From: Chrysomallon squamiferum
Lineage: Eukaryota > Animalia > Mollusca
DNA length: 64,000 nucleotides
Assembly: GCA_012295275.1 (NCBI GenBank)
Contig: CM022668.1
Coordinates: 10,974,001 to 11,038,000 of the forward strand
Direction of reading: 5' to 3'
Positions 44,292-56,300 of this stretch are shown one piece after another. Each line of letters begins with the position of its first letter. The first letter of the stretch is position 1. The notes below the pieces were generated by a model, which was not told where the DNA came from, made no database searches, and was given only the letters and a program-made list of their open reading frames with translations. The position numbers and the translations under genes were made by a program.

Positions 44292-45448
44292 CTACAAACG
44301 AATATTTGAAATACACTGTTTATATGATTTTTTGATGCTATTCTAATTGAATTAAAAATCTATGTATTAACTATTAAATTGTATTGTTTATACGACTTAC
44401 AATACAATTACATTTTAATTAAATAGTTATGTAAGTTTTAGTACTTTTACATTTGAAATATGTTGTTTTTGAGAATATTAATATTAGAGCTTTTTATACA
44501 TTTTTTACGTATATTAATACTTTGAAAAACGTTTTAATTGTATTACATATTAAACTTTTACATTTGAAATATATTAGATACATACTTATTTTATTACATA
44601 TCAAAACATATGCATTGTATCATTCACTTATTTACATTTTAATATATTCTTTGTATCATTCTTTAATAATTTTAATATGTTCCAAAGCAGCATTCTCCAT
44701 TGCATTTGAAAGAAACGAATAATAAAATAAAATAAATAAATAGTAAACATATTGTCATTACTATTATTAATATGGTCATTATTGTCATTACTATTATTAA
44801 TATGATCATTATTGTTATTATTATTATTATTATTAATGTTCTATTTATGTATGTGATGTGTGTATGTTTGAATGTATGTATTCATCTTTGTACTTATATA
44901 TATACGTACGTATTTGTATGTATTCACGAATGAATATTCTATTTTACTTTTCTGTATATATGTTTGTTTGTTAGTTATTATTATGATCTTGGCATCATCA
45001 TCATAAAATTTCACCATCGTCATCGCACATATTATAAATAAGTATAAATATTATATGTTTGTATACTATTATAATTTGTGTTTGGTATTATATTCTTATT
45101 TGATACTGGTAATATATTTCACGTCACTCCATATTAACGGAAAGAAGAAACTCTATGAGAAACAAATAAATTAATTAGATATGAAATGATTTTTTTATAA
45201 CTATATAGACTGAATGAAAGCATAACTTATCAAGCGAAGAAAATTGTTTTTATAGCATTGGAACCATAATAATAAAGCAATCTGATTAGTATTAACACAC
45301 AAACACACACACACAGACACACGCACACACACATAGGTAGATAGACAGACAGATAGATAGATAGATACACAGATACACATGATGGAAGTGATCTTCGTTT
45401 ACCAAGCTATTAAATAACTTGTTAAAAATGTTTAGAGAGAGGGAGATT

Positions 45449-45900
<452 letters not shown>

Positions 45901-45928
45901 AACAACATTTAATAAAAAAGGACTTTGT

Positions 45929-46150
45929 TTATTTTGAATACACACACACAGGCTGACACTCTTTCTCTATTATCTGATGCGTCATCACTGCATCATCACT
46001 GCAACCCGAAAAATGTTTGTGTGAAATCACAAATGAAAGCAAAGTCATATCTGATCAGGTCCAAAGTAATAAGCTAAAATATTAACAAATCTAGCAAAAT
46101 GGAGAAGAGACGTTTGTATTTCTTTACTTAGTTCCTTGTTTTCTGGTTGA
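45929..46150 (-). pseudogene. Relic F: fused ShK-like/terminal exon with its upstream intron
   Basis: Intron sequence matches that before the ShK exon of C/E; acceptor mutated (AG>GG); 46005-45929 reads GCSDDAVMTHQIIEKECQPVCVYSK*. Confidence 0.8.
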
Positions 46151-46254
46151 TTTCTTTCTTCTTTTTTACTTGTTGTTGTTGTTCTTCTTCTTCTACGTGT
46201 AACAGACATATCTATTTTAGAGTGTGTGAGTGTATGTATGTTTGTGTATGTGTG

Positions 46255-46339
<85 letters not shown>

Positions 46340-46374
46340 AAGAGAGAGAGAGTAAATCAAGAGTTATTCCCCTA

Positions 46375-49160
46375 CATTAATATTAAAATTCTGCCTCTTA
46401 AACCTTTGCTATTACATTGATACTGATTTAAATATATTTTTTTTGGCAGTATGAGTTTCATTCTGTCAATTTCGGAAGAAACTACGCATACCCCTATAAA
46501 TAAATACAAAAATAAGTAAGCATGTAATAAGTAAGTAAATAAATAAATAAATAATATTGAACAGTGCAACCTTGATCTGAAATAAAGTAGATAATATTTA
46601 GAAAAATGAGATATGGCAGGAAGTCTTACTGAAATTTGACGTCTTAATTCTTCCTGTTTATTTTCCTGTTTTAATGAGAGTTAGTTCCCTTATATACTAT
46701 TTGTATATTTTCGTTGCACTTACTTGTTTATGTGTTTGCTTATATATTTATTTACTGACAATTATACACGTATTTTTAAAAACTGCCCTGTCGATAACAT
46801 GCCTATAAAATAATATAGATAAAATAAAATAAAGTACTAGTACTAATACTAGCAGCAGCAGTAGTAGTAGCAGTAATAATAGTAGTGGTAGTAGTAGTAG
46901 TAATAGTAGTAGTAGTAGTAACATCTCAGAGAAGGTGATGATAATATGTATAAGTGAAAGTGCACTTATTTATTTACTTACTGGGTTACACTACACTTAT
47001 TGATTCATTCATCCATTCATTCGTTGTTTAATTATTTACATACAGTTTTTGGTTTATTCACGTATTTATTTATTTAATTCTTCATTCATTGATTTGTATA
47101 CTTAATTATTTCTTGATTTATTTTTGACTTGTTTGTAATATGTTTTATTATCATAATCATTATCACTAGTAGTATTAGTAGGAACACTAGTACTAGTAAT
47201 TGTTGTATTAACTGTATGTGTAGTAGTAGTGTTCTTGTTCTGATAGTTGCTATTTCTTTTGATAAAAAAAACAACAAAAAATTAGTTGAAGAGCATATGT
47301 CTTTTATCTGAGATCGTATTAGTGACATACGGTTTTCATAAACTGCATTACCCATTTTTCAGATCTAAAAGAAAAAAAAAGAAAAAATAAAATGATTAAT
47401 GATACCTTGATTTGGATATATATAGAATAAATAATCATAACAAAAATAAAAACATTAATATAGCAATAACATTAATAACAACAACAATAATAAATATTCA
47501 TTTATTTACTATTTAGTAAGTAATTTAAACTTTTAAATTTTCTTTTTTTGTCACCCCTAAGAAAGTTACTCAAAATGCGATTAAAAATTTAACAAAGAAT
47601 TGCTTTATAATATTTCAAATTATTATTGGTTTCGATATTATTAATCTACTGAATAATTAAATAATTAAAACAGAGTAAAGAAAAAGAATAATACCTTAAA
47701 GGACTTTGTTTATTCTGAATACAAACAGAGGTGTCGACACTCATGGGACTCACGTTCATAACAGAACATGTGAGTGGCTTCGTCAAACGCATGTTCTTCA
47801 AAATGACGACACTTTTCTTCTTGTCTGTCCTTGCACACCACGCCTATCACAGTAAATAGAAAACAAAACATATCAAATAAATAATTTCTGATAAAAAGCC
47901 TAAGGTCAACTTTGGATGCAAATAGGAACTGAAGAGATTGCAAAAAAAACTGATGAAAGAATATTTATCACATTTAAACACATTCATTTACAGGTAGTAC
48001 AGACAGAAATACGTCCATTCTGCTTATTGTTTTTATATATATATATGCATGTATTTCACTATTGTTTAATTATAAATGGTATGTACATAGATATATCAAC
48101 TTACCAGTCTGACATAACTGACAGGTTTTTACACACCAGAACCACAACATTCCAGAACCTCTACATTCTTTTTCTATTATCTGATGCATTATGGTCACTG
48201 CGTCATCATGGCAATCTGAAAAATGTTTGTTTGAAATCACAAATGAAAGCAATGTCATGTCTGATCAAATCCAAAGTAATAAGCTAAAATGTTAACAAAT
48301 CTAGCAAAATGGAGAAGAAACTGTTATTTCTTTATTTATTTCCTTGTTTTCTGGATTATTTCTTTCCTTTTTCTTTCTTCTTCTTATTTTATTTTTCTTC
48401 TTCTTCTTCTTCTTTGTGTATGTGTGTGTGTGTTTCTTTCTTCTTCTTCTTCTTCTTCTTCTTCTTCTTCTTCTTCTTCTTTTTTCTTCTTCTTCTTATC
48501 AAATTTATTTGTATGAAAGAATATGTACACATTTAACAAGCATGTCTATTTCAGAATGTATGTTTGTGTATGTGTGTCTGTTTGTGTGTGTGTGTCTGTG
48601 TTTTTTTTTGTGTGTTTGCTAAAAAAATTTTACTTACTTAGCTCACATTTATCCCCGTAGTAGTTTTCTTTGCACGTACATGTGCAAGATATCGTATTCA
48701 ACAAACCGCCATGTTGGCAGACTAGATTGCATTCATCTGTAAGAATAGAATTCAATCAATGTTTATTTATTATTCATACAGCATCAGATATCTACGAAAA
48801 CTAAAAAATGCTTATTAATATGATTAATAACTGAAAGAGAGTCACTGAAGTTAAACAACAAAAGTCTGGTTCTGAAAAATACATGAGTGTTGCAATCATC
48901 CTTCTGTCGTGAAGTTACGGCTTATGGGGCCAATCCAAAACATGATACATGGCTAAAACCAGAGAGAAATAATAACATAACTGACTGGTAACCTGTCACG
49001 GTGACAACGAACATGAAATAAACTTTAGTTTCAGATAAATATTCTAAATAAGAGAGACACAATACAAATAAATAAATAAATAAAACTTAAAAGGCATAAA
49101 TCACAGTAGTTGATGTGAAAATAAAGCCGTATTATGATATAAATGAATATACTTACTACA
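46375..49160. repeat. Segmental duplicate of ~11040-14220 (3' half and flank of gene C)
   Basis: cattaatattaaaattct at 11039 and 46375, then colinear similarity through the terminal, ShK and last EGF exons. Confidence 0.85.
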
Positions 49161-51113
49161 GAAATCTCCTTCCCAGCTGTTCAAACAAGAACAGTTACAG
49201 TTATCTGAGTTTAAAACTGCGCCATTTAAACAGTCCTCGTTGCATACATCTGAATTTAAATAATAAATAAATAAATAAATACATCTGAAAAGGCATAAGT
49301 TATAGGAACTGACGTGAGAATAAAGCCGTATTATGACATAAATTAATATACTTACTACAGAAATCTCCTTCCCAGTTGTTCAAACAAGAACAGGTACAGC
49401 TATCTGAGTTTAACACTCCGCCATTTAAACAGCCCTTGCTGCATACATCTGAATTTAAATAATAAATAAATAAATAAATATATAAATAAATAAAAATATA
49501 AATAATTAAAAAAGAAATAAAGAAATAAATAAACGTACGAAAGGAAATGCCTTCCCGCCTTCCATACAAGAACAAATACAGTCCTGCATACTAAAATTAC
49601 ACCCTTTTCAGACGGAAATCCACACGCACCTGATATATCATTAGAAAGGAATACGTTTTCATCTTGGCTAATAAGCATTGAAATGTTATAGCAAGGTATA
49701 TTATCATTCCTTACTTTTTGTGATCCTATGTAGTTATGATGTTCAGGAAAGTTTTTAATGGAGTCTTACCAGATTCTTCTTTACCATTAGTCACCTTCTG
49801 AATGTTTACAAATAGTTTATCAGTTTTTCCTAATTTTCAATTTGCGCTGCATGCTGAATTTATTTGTTTATTTTAAGTTTTACACTGAACAGTTATCATT
49901 CATTCAAATATTTTACCAAATAAGAATAAACTTACCACAGAGAATGCCTTCCCAGTTATTCAAACAAGAACAAGTACAGTCATCAAAGTTTACAGTGGCG
50001 CCGTTTGCACATGGTAATCCACATGTACCTGTGACATATAATAAAAACTGTTTAAAGAAAACAAAACAAATTTTCATTACGAAAAATAATGTTCCTTGCC
50101 TACACAGAGAAATCTTTTTTATTTTATTTCTAAAATATCTAAAATAAAGATAGATTTATTAAAATAAACACAAGGAGTGCTAAATAATAATCGGTGAAAG
50201 ATGAAGAAGAAAGAAAACAACAAAAATAAAAACAGTTATGCAAATCATTTTCATTATAACTGATTACAATTGCTCGAGATAAATGTTTGTAATCATATAT
50301 AAACTATTCTACGTCCGGTTCTCTCATCTGATTAACATGTCAAGCATAACTGGTTAGAACAACAAACAAATACAGATTGTTAGTATATTTTATATTTGCA
50401 ACTTTTGTTCTTAACAGAAAAAAAAAAATCAATAGAAGACATAAATTACCATCTAATCTTGAATGAATATTTAACAACAGACTTTCTTACCGTCTTCGCA
50501 CGATTTTATGTACATTGTTGAACCAGAGTAATAGCCAAAAGTGAAAACGGAAGAATATAAATAACACACGCCGTGAACATGTTCTACTGCAGTACAGGGT
50601 TTATTATTATATCCGTTTTGTGTGTCACACAACCTTCTACATTCTTCATGTGTATGGTACCCTCTAGTTCTTCTATAGAAGTCATATCCAGTGGTGCCTG
50701 GAATAACGATGTACTCACAACCAGGTATAGCTGGAAAGACACAGAGTATAAAAACAAGAAATAAAGAATGTTTTACTGTGTAAAGAAAATATGAGAACAA
50801 ATCAACATTTTTCTAAACAAAATACTAAAACAAATAAATAGTTTATTCTGTTTAAAGACAAACAGCAAGAAAAATAAGATATTACTGTGTTTAAATAAAA
50901 CTAATAAACAAAATAATTTACCATTTCTAAAAATAAAAAAATAAAAATAAAATAACAATACCAAAACACAAAACAGCAACTAATCTTTCTGTTGTTTAAA
51001 TAGAAATAAAAGGAAAACGAAATCTTACTGCTGGAGACTCTTTCCATCGCAGACGACACTAGAAGGAAACATCCCACCAAGAAAATGTATAATACAATGT
51101 CCTTCTGATTCAT
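47710..51113 (-). CDS. Gene E: secreted SP - PAN/apple-like - EGF-like x4 - ShK-like - His/Cys terminal protein (~315 aa)
   Basis: Exons 51113-51029 (MNQKDIVLYIFLVGCFLLVSSAMERVSS), 50730-50491 (PAN), 50028-49936, 49448-49356, 49249-49157, 48736-48638 (EGF-like), 48215-48105 (ShK-like), 47843-47710 (terminal). In frame provided the 91-bp dead exon 49629-49539 is skipped. Confidence 0.85.
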
Positions 51114-51338
51114 GGTTATTGTAAATAAAATCGTTAACATCAGACTGCGTTATTTAAGGAGATTTGAAATGTCAATCAAACAATTTGTTTCTGCCTATTT
51201 TCAAGGAGCTTATGAAAACTGAAATATGACTGGTTGTTCAAGTGTCCAATTTAAATGCACAGAGAAACTTACCTAGATATTAATATGGATCTGCGTTTTC
51301 ATCCAGGTGTGTATGTATTAATACATATACACGCGCTC

Positions 51339-51377
<39 letters not shown>

Positions 51378-51586
51378 TATATATATATATAGAGAGAGAG
51401 ATAGATATATAAATACATATATATGCATGTATGTATATATGTGTATTGTATGTACGTTTCTGTTTGTATATGTCTGTACATGTATTTGTATGTGTGTATA
51501 AACGTATGTAAGAATGCATTCAAATGTTCTTGTTCTTACATATATTTATGAATGAAGGGATGGATGTATATAAAAGGTGTAATAAC

Positions 51587-51621
<35 letters not shown>

Positions 51622-51700
51622 TAACAATAACAATAATAATAACAATAGCAGTAGCAATAACAATAATAATGATAACATAGTAATAATAATAAAAATAATG

Positions 51701-51737
<37 letters not shown>

Positions 51738-52296
51738 TAATAATAATAATTATAATATTAATAATAATAATAATGAAGTTTAATGAATTTATCTTTTTCT
51801 TTTTTTTTCTTGTTTTTTTCCCTTTTCTATTGTTTTATTATTAATGTACTTATTTTCTTTTAATTTTTTTGTTTTGAGAGCGAAATTACTACTACTACTA
51901 CTACTCTCTATTTTAAATGATTAATTTATTTATTAAAAAAGCTATTTTTAAAAAGAGATTTAATGCAAATCTCAGCTACTGATGGCTCTGTTCTACGTAT
52001 CAATTAACATAGAAGAATGGGATCAAATTTTACTGTGACAGACTTTGAGATTAATTTCATATAGATTGATTTTCATTTAAAAAAGCCAGTGAACCAATGT
52101 GTACAGCTGTTCTGTCATGCTGAGTTTAACTGACGATGAAAAGACACACATTTGTGCCCTGTGATTCTAATATCAGTAATACATAGAAAGAGCAAACAAT
52201 AATACTTTCTATTTCGTCTGATTAATTTATTTACTAAAAACATTATTTTCAGTGGGGTCATATAATAATTAATTAATTAAGTAATTAATAAATAAA

Positions 52297-52336
<40 letters not shown>

Positions 52337-55300
52337 GTAGTAGTAGAAGCAGTAGAAGTAATAATAATTATAATAAGAACAACTACAACAACTACAACAA
52401 TCACAACAAAGAACAACAGTACACTTTCCATGGTGTGAATCATTATTGTTGTTGTTGCTGTGTTGTTGTATTCGTCAGTGATGGTGATTGTTTTCAGAAA
52501 CTAGAGATATACTGAAAGCGGTGAGGCTGGGCTTGGAAACGGGTGGAGTGCATGCTGGCTGTCCCTGCTATAACCAAAAGGTTGTATGAAAAAAAAAGTT
52601 GTTTTTTAGTTCCATGAATGAAAAAATATTTAAAATGACCAAAGTTCTGCATTCGTATGTGTAATATGCGTTTAAATCATAGACAACATCCAGTTTTAAT
52701 TGTTGTGTTGTGTTGTTAAACACACATACAAACAAACAACACTGTATGAACAGAGTGTTTCGTTTTAAGTGTGATAGTTAAATACGTACATGAACTTATA
52801 CCTTCTTGTGTCTTGCACTTCATTTTGATGAGTATATTGTGTGTATATATGTATTTGTCTGTGTTTTTAATAGCATAAAAACCGTTAAACTTAAATGTAT
52901 TAAGAAATAATATTACTGGTATGTCCTCTCTTCATAATTCTTCCCAACGTGGTTGCCAAATACGTGTACAAAATAATGCATTAGTAGTTCCACCATTCAC
53001 ACACTGTCGTTCATAAACATCATGTATGTAAAATGTAATTCAAATCATTAACGTTAAAAAGTTCCCGCACTTCTCAAAAAAATAAAAAATAAGATATATC
53101 AGATAAACCAACACTAACTAAATAATAACAGTAACATAGATAAACCAAGTCTTATTAATGTTTAAAAGCAAACACAAATAATCCCACTTCCTTTTTAGAA
53201 TAAAGAGTGTTCTGAAAGCTTAAATATAAACGATAAAACAAGTAAAAGAAGCTTTAGTCCTAAAACAAATAAAAAATAGACATGAACGTAGTTCTATTCT
53301 TTTCAAATAAACAAAACCAAGTCGTACTCACGTATTAATAAAACAATAAGACAAAACACAATATATCTACGGCTGTTTAAATAACACAATAAAATAAATA
53401 AATTAATTGTTACTAAATTCTGAATAAAACAACGGAATAACATAAAGCATACATATGTTTGTATGCATATATGTATATATGTATGTATGTATGTAGGTAT
53501 GTATGTATATATGTAGGTATATATATATGTATGTATGTATGCATCTAAATATGTATAAGTGTATACTTAACATCAAATATATATTACTAAGGAATAATAA
53601 AATGAATAAAGTAATTATTACTAAATTCTGAATAAAACAATGAAAGAAGAGAAAGCACACTATATTTAAATAAAACAAAATCTTACTGATTAATCTAAAA
53701 CAGTTCCATAACCAGCAGTGGTTTGCTTGTCTTTAAATATAACAATTAAGTAAACTGTATTTTATTGCTCTGTGAATAAAACAATAAAATAATTAATTAA
53801 ATAAAGAATGTTTTACTGCTGTTTAAATATAACAGTGAAACAAAATTATTATTGGATATTAATAAGCTACTTTTTATAAGTAACTGAAACTATCTATCTG
53901 TCTATCTATTTAGATATCTATTTTATTGTTATAAGTATTCCTGAAAATGATTTTAAAAATGTATATGGCTTAATAAAAGTTATTCTTTGATTTCATTCAT
54001 GTCAGGGATGAAAATCGGTTGTAATATTTGTCCTCCAACAGCAAACCCAATTTTCAGATTAGGTTCACCGAACATAAAATATAAGTCATCTCTTATCAGA
54101 GTTTAAACTCAAGGGATTAAAACAGCTGTGCGCAGTGTTTGATTTACAAAAGCAATTACCATCACTGAAGGAAAACAAAAGATAAAACAAATATTGTTAA
54201 ACTCAGTTTTTATTAACAGCTGGCTTTCGTTTATCTCAGTAGAATATATGTTCAATGTTCGTGTCTAAAGAAAATTACTGTGTTATCACAGTTGAAACTC
54301 AGTGTGACAGAACAGATATTCTCAGTATTTAATTTATTTTTCAAAACTGAAATGAACAAGGGTGAAATTATCTCTGTCATTCTCTGAAGATTTGACATTA
54401 AATCTCTACTAGTGAAAATATTCATTTTAATAAACAAATTAATCACAAGAAATGGAAAATTATAGTAGTAGTAGTTGTAACAGCACAATTTTATAATAAT
54501 CGTAATGACGTCTTTCTCAAAAAAAAAATAAATAAATAAAACAATGAAATTGTAAAAATAAAAGTTATTATTACTATATATTATCATTTTTAAACAGTGT
54601 TATTTATTTTGCATTCAATAATAATAGTTACCATTTACTTAACATGTAGTTCATTCATGTGGTTTATAACTTTAATAATTTCCATTCTGTTCTGAGAAAC
54701 ACTACAGTACAGCACATTGAGTTAATCTTAGTGTTTTAAGTGATAATGAAGGTAATAGTACACATGTGAACGAACGTAAACATTTCTTTTAAAAAAGTAA
54801 TCAAAATAGAAAAACAAAAACACAGCAACAACATCAATAATTACGCCAAAACTCACCTATACGAACGAAACAAACATATACATCTACAGAGGAAAAACAA
54901 ACTAAAGGAAAAACAAAAATAAAATAAATTATTATTAGTAGTAGTATTTTTAATTTATAAAAGTGTCCTACTGAAAAAAAAAGGTTAATAGATAAATTAA
55001 TCAGAGGAAAGAGAAAGTATTATTTGTATTACAATCACATAACACAAACACGTATCTTTTTTTATTGTCTGATAAACTCAGCGTGACAAAACAGCTATAC
55101 AAAGAGATTCACTGACTTTTTTAAATAAAAATCAATGAATACGAAAATAATTTTAAAATCTTTCATAGGAAAATTTTCTCTTTTCTTTTATGTGATTTGA
55201 TATTTAGAACAGGTACGTCAGTAGCTGAGATTTGACATTAAATCTGTCGTTTCAAAAGTAGCTATTTTAATACGTAAATTAATCATATAAAATAGAAAGT

Positions 55301-55370
55301 AGTAGTTGCAGTAGTAGTAGAAGTAGTAATCACTTCTCTCCTACTCAAAAGTATTAATGATAATAAAAAA
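48640..55370. repeat. Segmental duplicate of ~32270-38880 (gene D/E unit)
   Basis: Colinear, highly similar introns and ~4 kb of upstream DNA; sub-block ~37660-38830 recurs at ~54180-55320 and ~58475-59610; ~38890-40500 recurs at ~57505-58460 and ~60420-62080. Confidence 0.9.
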
Positions 55371-55974
55371 ATTAAACGAAAAATAAAATAAAACAAAAAT
55401 GATAATAAAAAAGGGTAAAAGAAAAGTGAAAAAAAATAAGAAAAAGAAAACATTATTTAAACTTTTATTACTATTAAAATACTTTTGATCAGGTATTTAT
55501 TACTTTACATAAAATATAAAATTAATATATTATTTAAACAACATATATCATATAAGAAAATATTGGTAAGATAATTACATTTTTATCAATTCTTTTTTTT
55601 AATCACGTGTTAATTTTTTTCATTAAAACTGAAAATATAAAATTCTCTTATTTGAAATACTTTTTTTTTGTCTCTATTTTACTGATGTCACATTTTTCAT
55701 CGTTTTGTTGTTTCAGGTGTGGCCATCTCAGAAATGTTTTACATTTCTGCTGAAGCAACTGAAAATCGTTAATCGGGCCAATATCTTAAAAATAAAAATA
55801 CATTTAATATTCGATCTTCGTTTTCGTTTCATAGATGTTATTATTTTTTTTGGTTTGTTTTGACAGTACTTCAGTCTCTTCTTTGTTTGCATTTTTTTTT
55901 TTTTTTTTTTTACTATAGTGATAATCAGATACATATATACTTCCATTTGATTTTTGATTTTTTTTTCGTTCCCT

Positions 55975-56300
55975 TGTTGCTACACATGAAGGCCAGTGGA
56001 GAAAGGTACTGTACTCTGTAGATCAGTTCTTGTGCCATACTGCTTCTAATGGAGAGTTCTTGTAGTTATCCAGGTAGTCTCCTTTAGCTGCTGTTGGTTC
56101 TGTTGTTCCGCAGGGGATTCCAATAGGATGTTGATGTTCTGGAAGTCTGTCTTGCTTTTTGTTTTCTTGAGCCTGGAGGAGAAGGAGAGCATCTGATACG
56201 GCATATGAGAAATTACTCTCCAGAGTTGACGTGTTAGACTATTGTGAAGATCTTTACATTGTCCAGTTTTGCTAACTTGATACATTTTACCAGGCACTTA
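55975..56300 (-). mobile_element. Shortened inverted copy of the LINE relic at 42490-43410
   Basis: Reverse complement shares tggccttcatgtgtagcaa and gatctacagagtacagta, and the flank 56320-56660 matches 42170-42480. Confidence 0.6.

Noticed and set aside
52505-52590. GC-rich patch upstream of E (partly deleted at ~36060-36095) as an exon or RNA gene
   Set aside because: No convincing splice sites, ORF, tRNA fold or Pol III boxes recognised.
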